A DNA stretch of 63,870 nt, filler included, from Octopus bimaculoides (Eukaryota), in NCBI RefSeq assembly GCF_001194135.2. It is 5 parts of 5 records of this genome, joined end to end, with 100 filler letters (N's around TTAATTAATTAA, not from the genome) between each part and the next. Parts side by side here need not be neighbours in the genome. Positions count along the whole stretch, not along the records: positions 1 to 30,579 come from NC_068994.1; 4 more parts are not named here. One strand, given 5' to 3'. Below are positions 1-13,389 of the stretch, piece after piece. Both the position numbers and the translations under genes were made by a program. Below the pieces are notes generated by a model. That model made no database searches. It was not told the origin of the DNA and worked only from the letters and a program-made list of their open reading frames with translations. The stretch's first letter is position 1. Each line of letters starts with the position of its first letter.

Positions 1-670
1 TGATATACATACTTATATACATTCATGCATATAAACATATATATATACATATATACACACACACATACACATTCATGTACTGAACTCTATTACACTGGTT
101 GTTCCATCAAATGTATTTCAGTAAATATAAATAAAATGTAGGTCTTATTTTTCTGTATGTGAAGAGAATAACAGGAGCGATTTAGATTTGTTTCCTTCTC
201 ACAGCACAGGTAATCACAATATGAATTTGTAAATATACACTTTCTTATAGGTGGTGTTTGTGCATAAAATATTTATGAAGCATATATATATATACATGCA
301 TACAAAAATACATACATGTGTGTGTGTACATGTTTGCATTTGTATACATTTGTGAACATACTTAAAACATAAGATATAAAATCCACACACATATTTACAG
401 ATGCTTATATACATATGTATGCATGTGTGTATGTATGTTTGTATGTATGTATGTATGTGTGTGTGTGTGTGTGTGTATGTATGGGTGTGTGTGTATGTAT
501 GTACATATATATTGTGGTTCTTCTGAAGTTCCATACTTTTCTTACTGGTGTTGACTTACAAAGGTTCAAGGGGAGCATTAGATACATCAATCTCACCTGT
601 TTGGAAGGGGTCTTTGAAGGCCCCTTTCTTCAGGCAGAGCATGTATAAAGTGTAAATAAATTATATATAC

Positions 671-735
<65 letters not shown>

Positions 736-2419
736 TATATATGCATATATACATATATATGTATACATGTACATACTCATATATGTACATGTAGATAAGT
801 GTGTATATTTGTACATGCAGTAGATGTTGCATGGCTTGAAACTAGTCTTTTAGGTGTGACATCCTAAGCACTTAGATGACCACCACCATCAACTGGAGCA
901 TGACCAGGACCCAGTCTTAATTATTGATAGTGAGAACTTTGTCACAAAAAGCATAACATCTGGTGAGTTATGATTGCTCTGATTACTCCATTCTAGAAAT
1001 AGCAGCTGAGTTACCCTCAAATTCAAACTCACTGTCTTTAAAAGGAAAATACATGTTATACAATCTTGTCATAGATACAGGATACCTGGGAAGAAAAAAG
1101 GATGGAATGGTTATGGTAGGAATGCTTTTGATCATAGCACTCATCCACCTAGTGTGACCCAGTGTTAAAGAACTATAGCAACTAATCACAATAACAACAT
1201 CAACTACAATAACAATAATAATCGTCTTATGACAGTGGCTCATTTTTTGTCATTTTTTCATGTACCGGGGGTAACTGACACAAAGATCTACATTTTAAGG
1301 GTGACAGTGATATGTGAGTTTGTAGTGTTCATGCTTTCTCCAATACATCTTTGGTAGCATTCATTCCTCTGGTTTCTATCAGTGGACTGAGTGGTAATGT
1401 TGATTTAACAAAAAACACCTTGAAGGGTTTTAGCTGAATATGATGGGGCATCCCCCATTATCTAACTGGTACCTCACATGGATGAGAGGCAAAGTCCATC
1501 AAGGTAATAAAACACATAAGCCAAAATAATCGGCTTGGATTGAGAATTGAAACTGGGTTGTGAACTCGACTGGGTGGGGATGGGGAAGACGCACCTACTA
1601 TGTATGCTGTAGTGCTCACCATACAGTCTATGATAATTAAATATACTACATGAGTGACCTGGAGCAACTGTAATTCCTGCAGTAGTAGTAGTAACAACAA
1701 CAACAACAACAACATCAAGACGTTAACAAGGGAGCCTATACAGGGTCACTCTAACTATTAGAAAAAAACAGCCAAATTTGCCTCAAAAGCAGATATTATT
1801 TCAAAGAGAGAATGTGTTGTTAGACAAGGCCATTTCTTGGTAATGCAAAAACGACGGAATGGTCACGGCTGGAATCGTTTCGATCGTTAGTCTGCTCAAG
1901 CAGTATTTACCTGGGGTTCATCAACAACAACAACAACATCAACAATAACTACAACAACAATGTTGGTTCAGTAATTAGAAGACTAGTGTTTGGGTTAAGA
2001 AAGGACAGGTAATTTGAAAGAGATGTTAAATGAATAATGAACAGAGGTGATGACGATGATGATGGTGGTGGTGGTGTTAGTGATGTTGTTTTTTTTACCG
2101 TGAATGGTGGTGGTGATGATGGCGTTATTACATTGGCACTGATAAATGATGATGATGATGATGATGTGGTGGTGGTGGTCATGGCTGTAGTAGGATATTC
2201 GTGGACTGTTTGTGATGGTGATGGTGATTGTGGTTGTTTTTGTTTTGACTGTGACGATGTCTTTTAAGTTGTGCCATGTAGCAGGTTGTTTGCTCTCAGT
2301 ATTAACAAGATTTCTTTTTTCCATCCCAACCAGAAAGTGTACAAATAAGGTGCTGGTGGTGGTGGAGGCAGTGTTGTTTGTACTGGTAGTGATTCGTAGT
2401 AATGATATTGTTATTGTAT

Positions 2420-2612
2420 AGCCCCTGGTCAGTTCCGAGAGAGCAGACCAATGATTAACAACATTCCAACCGTGACCATCACGTCTAATAAAGGTATCAA
2501 GGACTGCATTATCTCATATGTCCCTTCCTTTTTTAAGACGGTAGGGATGTATTTTAAGTGATATTTGGCTGCTATTTCTAACAGTTCGAGCGACTATATA
2601 AGAGATTCTCTA
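2420..2612 (+). mobile_element. Older dispersed repeat family F (probable SINE); fragments also near 7080-7390, 8830-9000, 17530-17610, 24530-24625, 25960-26050
   Basis: Shared motif ATTTGGCTGCTATTTCTA(G/A)CAG(G/T)TCGAGCGAC(C/T)A. Confidence 0.6.
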
Positions 2613-4062
2613 GTGATGTCGGTGGTTGTGGTAAGAAGTTCGAGAAAATTTTTGAAAAAGTGAAAATGTAAATGAAAAATAAATTGAAAAAGTAAGAAAA
2701 AGAAATTTTTGAAAATGTAAATATAAAAAGAGGGAAAGAGAGAGACAAGTGAAAGAGATTTAGAAAGTGAAAGAAAGAACTGTACAAAGTGAACGAAATG
2801 GAATGGGGAGGAGGAAATTTAGAGAGAAAGAGTGGGAGAAGGAAATTGTGATAGATATGTAGATATTAAACGAGAGGGAGAGGGTGAAATGGTAAGATTA
2901 TTAGAAACCAACCTGGGCAGCGGTGAGAGGGGGGTTGTTTCTATATACATATATATATAGAGAGGCAGTTATATATACATATACACACCGTAGGAATGAA
3001 ACATCAGCTTACTGTGTCATCGTAATAGGTATAAGGGAGCTTTGAGTAAGTGGAGACAGCAATACTGGGAGCAGGGGGAGATAAGGAGAAGACGCACAGA
3101 CAGACCAGACCTAAGGTTTTATTTACTGAATTTTTTTACAAGAAAGTTTCAATGACTCAGTTGCCAAAGGGGAGGGGCAACATAAACAAAGAGGAGGTAA
3201 TTCGTCACATAGACCAACTATTTTTCTGCTTCGCCGTCATGGCTGCCGAGATAGATTTACCGTATAGCCTTAGTTTTCGGGAGGGATAATATAGTGTTAA
3301 ATTGCTTCTAAGTTTATTTTCAAACTAAGGTATAAAGACTTATTTATTATTATTTCATTTCCAAAAAACAAAAAGTAATGTGATTTGGTATTTTGGTAAA
3401 GAAAACATAAATTTCCACGGCAAGTTTCAAGTTTGCATGCGATATCCGGAATTGTTTGTCTGGAAGGGACTAAAATAATGTTACACCGTCTGCATTGTTC
3501 TGCTCTTACATGTTTTAGTAAAAAACAAAACAAAAGGAATTCTGCTCAAAAAACAAACAAAAAACGTGACATTGTGCTGCATCGTTTTTTGGCAACTGCT
3601 TTTCATTGTCGTAAGACCAATCTGACACCTAATTACTGTTAATTAACCGCATATATTATCTATTTACTCAAACTTAGACTGGCAAGACCAAAAAACATTA
3701 TATGGGGATTCAATGCAATGATGCAAGATATGTTTTTTAGATTATTTTTGGTAAAATAATTAACATAATCTTTTCAGGTAGTAAAATTATACCTGTTGTG
3801 GGTTTTTTGTTGTAAATTCGCATATATTTTAAATTAATAATAAATTACTAATTAATGTTGGTAAGATGTTCTGGTTTATTATTATTATTATTATTATTAT
3901 TATTGCTGTTGTTGTTATTATCATTATTATTCGTGTAAAATAATTTTTCCAGTGAAATATTTCATTGTACTTTCTACATTTCTCTCACTCGATTATGCCT
4001 ATCATTGTCTATGTCTGATTCTTTTTTTTTTCTCTTTGTAAATGTAGTCTTTTACCGTCAAT

Positions 4063-4102
<40 letters not shown>

Positions 4103-7100
4103 TTTCATACACACACTCACCCACATACATCACCGAGCGATGAAGAGGTGGAGGGTAAAAAAAAAAATCATACTGAAAAAATATATTTATAAAGTTGGCA
4201 AAATAAAGCACAATGAAATATTTAAAAGTAACAAATGCGTGGGACGAGTATTATTGTGATATTTATTCTGGAAATTAATCAAAATCTTGTAATTTGAAAG
4301 CTTTTGTGTTCCAGTGTCGTTAAGTCACTTATTTACATTTCGATTTTTGGCATCATTCCTAGTTTCACTTTTGTGTCACTTTTTTTTCCCTTGTCGCCTG
4401 CTTTTTTATTGTTTTGTTTTATTTACCACTTTCTTGTGCATTAATTTGTCCTTTCGTGTCTATTGAGTTGTGAAGACACTGCTGTCGGCTGCCTGTTTCA
4501 TTATGCTACAGAGTTTTCTCTTCCTCTGTGTCATAGTTTTTTACTCCCTTTCTTTCTTTGTGTTTCTGATAAATACATTCAAAAAACATAATTTATTTAC
4601 AGACATTACACTGGCGCAGACGAACACACATACACAATCGCACTCGCGAAACACGATGTTAAAGCTTTACCTTTCAAGACATGAAAAAGTTATTATTATT
4701 TTTTTTAAGTTAACGAATAATTTTGAAATATATCGTCCTGTGGAAACTGTATTTTGCACAACTAAGTTAATAATTGCTAATTGTTAATTTATAATAACGT
4801 AATTTATTTTCTCACTTTCGACTGAAGTGCCAACTTGCAACTTTTTGTTATGAGATTATATCAAACAGATATACCTATTTTGAAAATGAATTATATGTGT
4901 GCAGTTGTTTGTTTCACGATATATATATATTTACACAAAAAACACATATTCAAAGTATATAAGAGAGATGACAATGAATAAATGATTAGCCTGAAATAAA
5001 TTGCACTTCATATTCGAGGCTCCGATGAAGCTATAACGTGTTATTCAGGCACTCAACTATGAATCCACTGAATCCTACAGCAGAAACAGCTGTAAGCCAA
5101 AGAAGTTCAAAAGATAATCATTTATTCTTGTGTCATCTCTCTTTCTTATTACTACTCTATACTCAGCTTAACACCCCGTTCTGAAACATACATGTAGTGA
5201 GTTCTACACCAGGTTATTAGGTTATTTATCTTGCAATGCCTAAGCGAGATATATATATATATATATATCTGTGTGTGTGTTTGAGATTCCTTTATATATA
5301 TATATATATGAGATCATGTATATTTATGTGTATGTATTGAGCATTCTTAATTAAGAGTCAACACGTTTACTAGTCACAGAAGGTATTCACCATTCTCTGC
5401 AAGTCATTCTCATGTCATATTCTACACTGTATATACTATATGCAATCATTCTCTACAGCATACCACCTCCTTCAGATAATTCTCTCTGCCCTTTGTCACC
5501 TGCCAATCTGTTTTCGAAACTATACCAATCTATGAAGTAATTTCGTTACACTTTGCTCTGGTCATTCTCTACAATGCACCACATCATTCTTGGTCATTGT
5601 TTATAAGTACCCTTCTTATCAAGATCAGTCCAAGACTATAGTAGGCAGCACTTGGCTCCCTGAGGTGCCACACATTGGGACTGAACCCCAAATCATGTAA
5701 CTAAGAAGCAAGCTTTTGAGCCACTGAGCCATGCCTGCACCTATATGTATATGGTAAAATAATAAGTAAATGTTTTTCAGTTGGTTTTAAGATTGAAGGT
5801 TCGGCTATTTGATCGACTTAATTGTCTGCTCCCTTAATGTCTTTTAACATTGTTTCAGGTCAGGTTAAACTTTGTGAATGAAAATGGCCTGACAGAAACT
5901 ACACGGAAGCCTATTAGATTGATTGTAGCCATACACAAAGGTACAGCTTTCTCACACTTTGTGTCAAGCTCATCAATCGATCAAATAGCTGAATCCGCAA
6001 TCTGCCTATCATCATCATCATCATCATCGTTTAACGTCCGCTTTCCATGCTAGAATGGGTTGGATTATATTAATGGTAACCATGTCTGTAGTATTCCAGT
6101 CATGACCATCCTGCTATTATAAACAATTTAGTTCAAACAACATTTTCTAAAACGACCCCCACCTCCCTCATTTTGCAATTACTATCATTCATTACTCTCT
6201 ATTATTCTCTCTCCTCTCTCCTTATCAGTCTTTCTCTTTATCACTTTGCATTATCTCACCCATTTCTCTCTGTCTTTACACCCTGCCCCATCCCCATATT
6301 CTTTCTCCTTCTCTCCCACACCCATTCATCTTCTGCTCTTGTTGGTCACATTTCTCCAGGCAGAGACAGCTTACAGTGGCAAGGACTCCTTTTTTTGTAT
6401 TGCAGCGTACAAGTAAACTTCACTAGTGCTGGTGCCATGCTAAAACATCCAGATCCCATTTTTGAAGGTGATTGTTTAATAGGTACTGTCTTTAGTACCT
6501 CCTTTGCTGAGGACATGGCAACCTATCTAATGTTGGTACCACGATAAGCTACTAAAATACAATCTCTAAAGTGGTTGGTGTTTGGAAACCAAAATAAACC
6601 ATATGAGGTGTACTGTAGTTTAGATAGAAGGGGTTGGGGAGTAGGGACAGGAGGGAAAGGTGCCACAGGCAGCTTTTATGGGGACAACATTTTTGGATCT
6701 GTGCAATAAGTTGTGATTTTTGCGATGGCCCAGGGTTAGGGTTGCGGTTGCCAACTCAAGGGCTACCCCAGGCAGCACACATTCTAGCTACACCACTGCA
6801 TGACGAGTGACACCTGATTTCCTGATTGATCTGCCTTGTACTATTACTGTCTGTCTTACCCATACTAGCATGGAAAACTGATATAAATTGATGATAGTGA
6901 GATAAAAGACATCCCATATGTGCTTCCGTTTTGAAAGGCAATACTGTGTAATTTGAGAGGGATTTGGCTGTTACTTCCAGCATGATGAGCAACCTTTCAG
7001 GTTTTATTGCTCTTATTGTGTAAGAGACCTGTGAGGAAAGGTGTTCCAACTATGACTTTGACATTTAGCTTTCTGACCTAATTATTTAGCATCCAATGTG

Positions 7101-7681
7101 TCCTGGTTTTTTAAGGCAGTTGGGTGTGATTTGAGGAAATTTGGTTGCTATTACTAACAGGTAGAGCAACCACATTAGAGTCTCTCTTGTTGGTTCAGAA
7201 ATGATATTTCTGATCAAGCAGAAATATTATCAAAGACATTCCATCTATGGCCATGCCACCTTTTTGTAGTATATCTAGGACTATATTAATTGTGTCTTGA
7301 GTTTTTTTTTTAAATGGTAAGGTTTGCAGGAAAGATGGCTTCTACTTCTAGCAGTTCGAGTGGCCACCTAGAAACTCTCTTCATTGGCTTGTTGATAAAA
7401 GGTGGTGGAGGTGGTTGTAATGGTGGTACTGGCCTTGGGTCTAGTGTGGAGATGTTCGAGGAGGTGATGGTGGCTGTGAGTGTAGGGGCTGGAGTGAAGT
7501 AATGCTACTGTTACTCAGATATGGTGACATTGTTTCCAGCTGTCCTGTCTGTCTGTCTGTCTGTCTGTCCTGTCTGTCTGTCTGTCTGTCTGTCTCTATT
7601 GCTTAACATATTCTTTCGGCTTTCTTGCTAATGTGCATCTTTGCTTTTGTTGCATGTGTGTGTGTACATATATATATGTTT

Positions 7682-7719
<38 letters not shown>

Positions 7720-9769
7720 AGGTATGTTTGAAACCATGCATCTCTGTTCCAATATCAGTGTGCACATGCATACATGTATGTGTGTGTGTATGTGTGTCTA
7801 TGTAAGCACATTCATTTTTGTTAGTGTAGGTGTTTGCACATGTACACATATATCTGTGTATGTGCATGTGTGTGTGTGTGTGTGTGTGTGTAGTTCACTG
7901 GCTGTCATGTAGCACAATGTGGTTAGTATGTGAATCAGTACTAGTAAGTGACTTCTGGGAAATCTGTAGCTGACATGTGGCCCACTTCCTGATCTTGATG
8001 TTGTGGTTGTATTGATTTTACAGCTAACCTTCTGTGCTAATGCACTTCATAGTTTTACCTAAGCAGTTTTTTTTAGCTCATCACACAATGTGCAGCCGTC
8101 ATTATCATCATTGTTCTCATCATCATCGTCATCATAATCATCAATATTACTGTCATTCATGATCATCATCACTCTCATCGTGACTTAGTGTCATCATCAT
8201 CATCATCACCATCATCATCATCAGCAGCAGCATTATCATGGACATCAGTGCAGTTATTTTCATTGTCATCCTTGATATCACTGTCATTCATCATCATCAT
8301 CATTGCAATTATCATCATCAATGTTGTTATTGTCATCAATATCATCACCTTCATCATTATTATCATTGTTGGTATTGTTATCATCACTATCATCACCTTC
8401 CATCATCATCATCATCATCATCATTATCCTTGTTATGCTCATTCACTGAGGGATGATCTTATATGGATACTTGATATGCTAGAAACAGCTGCCAACTCAC
8501 CTTTTGCCATCCTTTAGAAGCTAGGGACACACTGGATGATGTAGTCCTAGATACACAAATTCCTTGGTTAAGGAGAGGGTGGTCATGGCTGGAATGATTT
8601 TGATCATAGGTCTGCTTAATCAGGGTTGTCCTGGGGCTAAACAACAACAGTATCACCACCATCATCATCATGAACATGATGATGATCATCATCATTATCA
8701 TCTTGCTAACATGGGTTTGATGGGTTCAGAAACACATTACCTTTTTTCTTTTGTCACCTTTCTTTGCTTACTCTGGAAATTTCTTATTGTATCTGAGCCC
8801 TATTTAAAAGTGGACAAACCAGTGAGGGAGCCCTTATGTAACTGATTGACTCACTAGAAATAGCAGCTGCTAAATGATCATTCGTACCCTACCGTCTTAT
8901 AAAATGAAAAGCAGGGGGAAGACACATTTGATAGTTATGACTATGCTGTTTCTGATCATCATTTGAATGACTTTGATCAGAACTGACCTCCAGCTACACA
9001 AAAATGTTGTTATTGGAAAGGTATAGCCATACTATCACAGCCTTCTCCTTTGCAAACTACATCTAAATCATCTTATATCCACCTTTTCTCTTGGCTCATT
9101 GGACTCCATTGTTTATGCAAACTAACATTACACATCCGTCCTGTAATCTGTGCTTTCAGTTCTTTCTAGTCTTTGCATTCAAGGCCTACATGTTGGTACC
9201 ATGCAGCATCACATTTCACCCACAAGCATCATACAATCTGGTTTGCATTCTGAGGGAGAAGGTCTCAGTTTCCAACTGAAGTAATAGATCCCTTAACTTT
9301 TACTAAACCAATTCTTACCCAAGTCACTATGTTTTTATTGCATCCACCCCAACAGCTAATTTATGCAGATAATAGAAACTATTTCTTAGGAAACATTTGG
9401 GTATTTGAGAAAATCTGTATCCTGGGCGCTCCTTTGTGCTTTATGCTGTTGTGCGTCTGCTACATTCTGTTAGCCTACCTGTGGTTCCACTACAACACTT
9501 GTGTGCCCTTCTTTACTCAGCACACCTACCCTTTTCCTGCTCACCATTCAGGTAGACAGTTGTGCCTTCTTTCTTACTAAAACTTTAGTTTTGCCAAGTT
9601 TACTTTAAGTGGAATTTCTTTTCTAACTCACAAATTCATCTTTAAGAGAAAGGTGACAAGCATAGAAGAATGCTGACAAAAGCCAGTCTGTTATGGGATT
9701 GATCTAATTGACTGCTCCCCACCCCCCACCCCCAAAATTATGGGCCTTGTGCCTAGAGTAGAAAAGAAT

Positions 9770-9950
9770 CTTTGTAAGGCTCAGTATCCGGAGATCAGTC
9801 TTCACCACTTTGTTCCTCTTTGATACTCCAACTGTTCCTCTTGCCATTTATTCTCTGCTCATGCTGGCCAACCTTCACCTTCTCTGCTCTCTCTTCTATA
9901 CAGCCACAACCCTTTAGTCTTCTGAGTCTCATGGCAATCTTGATGGTGCT
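9770..9950 (-). mobile_element. Highly decayed RTE ORF2 C-terminal remnant
   Basis: RRLKGCGCI (compare RRLRWYGHV) and, in another frame, KVVKTDLRILSLTK. Confidence 0.45.
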
Positions 9951-11960
9951 AGCACCACAATAAAATGCACCCAGTATACTCTGCAGATTAGTGAACAAAT
10001 GGAAACTGCACAGGATTGAGAAGGCACTTTAGTCTGTCTAAATATGTAATTGTTTTTCAAATGCTGATCATATAATGCTGAAATACACCAAGCACATTCT
10101 GTAAAGTGCTTGGTGTTAGGAAGGGCATCCAGTCAGAGAAGCCAAGCCAAGAAGTGAAATACCTAGAGCAGACCTGGCCAACTTGAATTACATTGTGGGC
10201 CACTTTAATCACAGAAAGTCTTTTGAGGGCCGTTTGTATACTGACAAAATTGAGGTCAATTTTTCCGGATTTTTCTCTTGTTGGAGACCTGCTTATTTGA
10301 CATATCTTCTGCCCACTAGTTCACTTTTCTTACCTGTTTAATTTCTCTTTTTCGTTATTTTTTGTATTTTTTAAAATTATTGTTTGTTCTTGCCTACTCC
10401 ACTATCATTGCTTGATATATAACTACAAACCCTGTATCTATTTGTATTTTGTTGATGAATGAAAGAAAGACCCTCTATTTGGTCATGCTTCTTCTTAAGA
10501 ATAACAGCCAAACCACATTGTACTACCTTGAAACAAAAATGCATTCAATGTGGTTCTGAATGACATTTATGTCTGAAAAATCAAGAGGAAATAGTCATAT
10601 CTGGATTGCCTTAAATAATAGGTTTGCTTGATCAGCTTCTTTGTTACTTAGCAACTAAAAAAAAAAAAGAAAGAAAAACAACAAAAGTAGTACAATCGGT
10701 CTTCGACACATGTGTGATCTTGTTGAAATTGAATCAAAACCAAATTTTTCTTCTGGTAAAAAGTATAAATTTTTTCAAGATTTTATTTCTTTTATCTAAA
10801 TATTCATATAATTGTTTTAATGATTTCTTTTTATTCTTGTAAAAAGAAACAAAAGATTTTTGTATTACTTTCTCTTGTTCTTGTCCAATTTTTGCTTATT
10901 TAGCTCAGCATCTTTGTTGTTTTTACTCATTTTTTTCTCTCTCTTTCTCTCATTTTATACTGCATATACTTCATGACAGTATGGTAATCAAAGAGCAGGA
11001 TGAAATATTGGATAAAATCAATTATAAAATATAAAAATTACATATCACTATAGTCAAAATAGTTACTACAGCTTAAAAGTAAAGTACACTGCTTTTTAGA
11101 TTACCATGGTGATAAAAACCGTATTATTATAAAAATCAAAATGATCAAATATGGTGGCTATCGACTCTTAGACAAGTATGACCATCACTGACAAATTATC
11201 TTATTCTAGCTGTTAAAGACAATGGCTGTCATCAATACCTGTACTGAAGTTTAAAGTCAATAATAACAGCTTGCACAACACTGCTAAAACTCTCACCTAC
11301 AAAGCCAGTTAGTCCAGAAACAGGCAAGAGCAAAATGTCCAGCTTCCCAATGAGGCATGTATTATTTCAGAATTTTCTTCTCCTAGAAAGATATCTGAAC
11401 AAACACTCGTGGTCTCTCATTCATCAGATCACTAAAGAGTTTCAGAATTTTCCAAGCAAGTCAATTAACAATTGCTGATCTGCAATGAATAAAACACTTC
11501 GGCACAGGACATCAATTTCATTGGTTGGTTGAGTCACATGCAAATAGTCTTAATTCAAAGCTAAAATTAGTTTCTAATAGAAAGTAAAAAGAAACGATAT
11601 ATTCTCAAGAGGAGGTAACTGTGCATCAGTTAATAGAGTAATTCACATTTTAGCTCAAATTTTGAGTAACAAATTTCCCAATAACCCAAATGTTGCCATG
11701 TCAAAAACAGGCACAAAAATATGTCCGGAAGCTTAATTTTGTATTTCTTTAAAGCTTAACAAACGGAAAAAGCTTCTTCCTTCACATTCCGGATGCCGTC
11801 ATGTAGTTTCAAAATCTAAATTATTTTTATTGCATACAAATACCGTAGCTATAACAACCATTGTATACCTCTGCTTTTGCAACAATACTCCATTTTATCA
11901 AAGGATAGCTTTTTCCTCTTTTAAAAACCAAATTTATTTTGAAAATGAAGTTAAATTGCT

Positions 11961-11966
11961 TTTATT
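11961..11966 (-). terminator. Candidate poly(A) signal (AATAAA) of the ZNF gene
   Basis: First minus-strand AATAAA I could find downstream of the stop codon (visual scan of 13390 to 11960); a second lies at 11933..11938. Confidence 0.35.
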
Positions 11967-12504
11967 CATGGGTCAAAATGAATGAGTGTGCTGTGTGTTT
12001 GAGGTTTTAAAAGTGTTTACAGTTAACCTGATATATCTTTACTGTGCCATTTACTGATTCTACACCTAATCTGTATATTATTTCTTTTAACAGATATTAT
12101 CCATACAATTATATTCAGGCTGGGTTGTTTGTGTGGCATTTATGGATTTTTCATTGTAAATCAATATTCCTCATATAGCTGTAGTGAGCCTTACAAGTAG
12201 TTTTACTGAAAACTTTGTGGTATCTGTGTAACATGGTGAAGTGCATACTAATTAGCATTAGAAAGATCTTAGCTACATTTGTGGGTACAGTTACACTATG
12301 AGTAACATCATAATAGATTATTTTTCTAAGATTAGTGTTATTTGATGTGGTGTGGACATGACTGCAGGCTAAGAAGTTTGTTTCTCAACCATGTGATTTT
12401 GGGTTCAGTCCTATTGCATGTAATCTTGGGAAAGTGTCTTCTACTATAGCCCTGGGTCAACTGTAGCCTTGTGAGTCGACTTCGTGGACAGAAACTGAAA
12501 GAAG

Positions 12505-12548
<44 letters not shown>

Positions 12549-12674
12549 TACATATATATGTATATACACATATATATACAAACATAGACATATATACATA
12601 CATACAAAATATATATATGTACATACATATATATATGTATACATACATATCATCATATGTATGTATCATCATCG

Positions 12675-12783
12675 TCGTCGTTTAACGTCCGCTTTCCATG
12701 CTGGCATGGGTTGGATGGTCTCACCAATCCTCAGTCAAACCGTCCAACCCATGCTAGCATGGAAAGCAGACGTTAAATGACGA
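12675..12783. repeat. 45-bp inverted repeat with a 19-nt loop, built from two opposed LINE/SINE 3' tails
   Basis: 12675..12719 versus 12739..12783: 41/45 complementary. Both arms match the tail seen at 19700..19750, 6020..6063 and near 16840. Confidence 0.93.
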
Positions 12784-13065
12784 AAAAAAAGCCTATAAAA
12801 GAGGTGCTCCAGAATGGCTGCAGCCCATTAGTTGATACTAGTAGGAAAAAGATAATAAAAAAAACACAATGAATATATTACAGAGAAATCAAAAGAAATT
12901 TGGGAAAAATGTTTTGTTATATATAAATTTTTATAAATGTAAGTAGTTTTACAAATTTCTCCGTTTATACATTAGGGATCAGCTCCAGTGTAGGGAAGCT
13001 CACTCTAGGAATGGATGGACTATAAAATTGTTTCTAAATATGTCTCTAGATACAATCACACACAC

Positions 13066-13101
<36 letters not shown>

Positions 13102-13389
13102 CTCAACATGAAAGACTATCATATACATACAAATGTATATATATGTATAAACATATACAGGCATGTATATTTACAGACACTCAGGCAGGCACATACATAT
13201 GTAAATATATGTATATAACACATACACATAGATATATATATATATATATATATATTGAATATATAAACTCTATTGCATACACACTAACATACAGATGCAT
13301 ACACACACACACACATTCAACAGACATAAAGGTATATCCACATATCCTCACACACATGCATTAAAAGAGTTTAAGGATTGACATGTGAA

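Noticed and set aside
214-832. [12 protein letters not shown]-rich ORFs here and dozens like them across the window
   Set aside because: Translations of CA/TA/TG microsatellites.
3050-3289. 79-aa ORF and a GCCGTCATGG start-like context at 3234..3243
   Set aside because: No recognisable domain, short, and no splice support.
5370-5610. Recurring CATTCTCT words
   Set aside because: Irregular spacing and low complexity; no definable unit.
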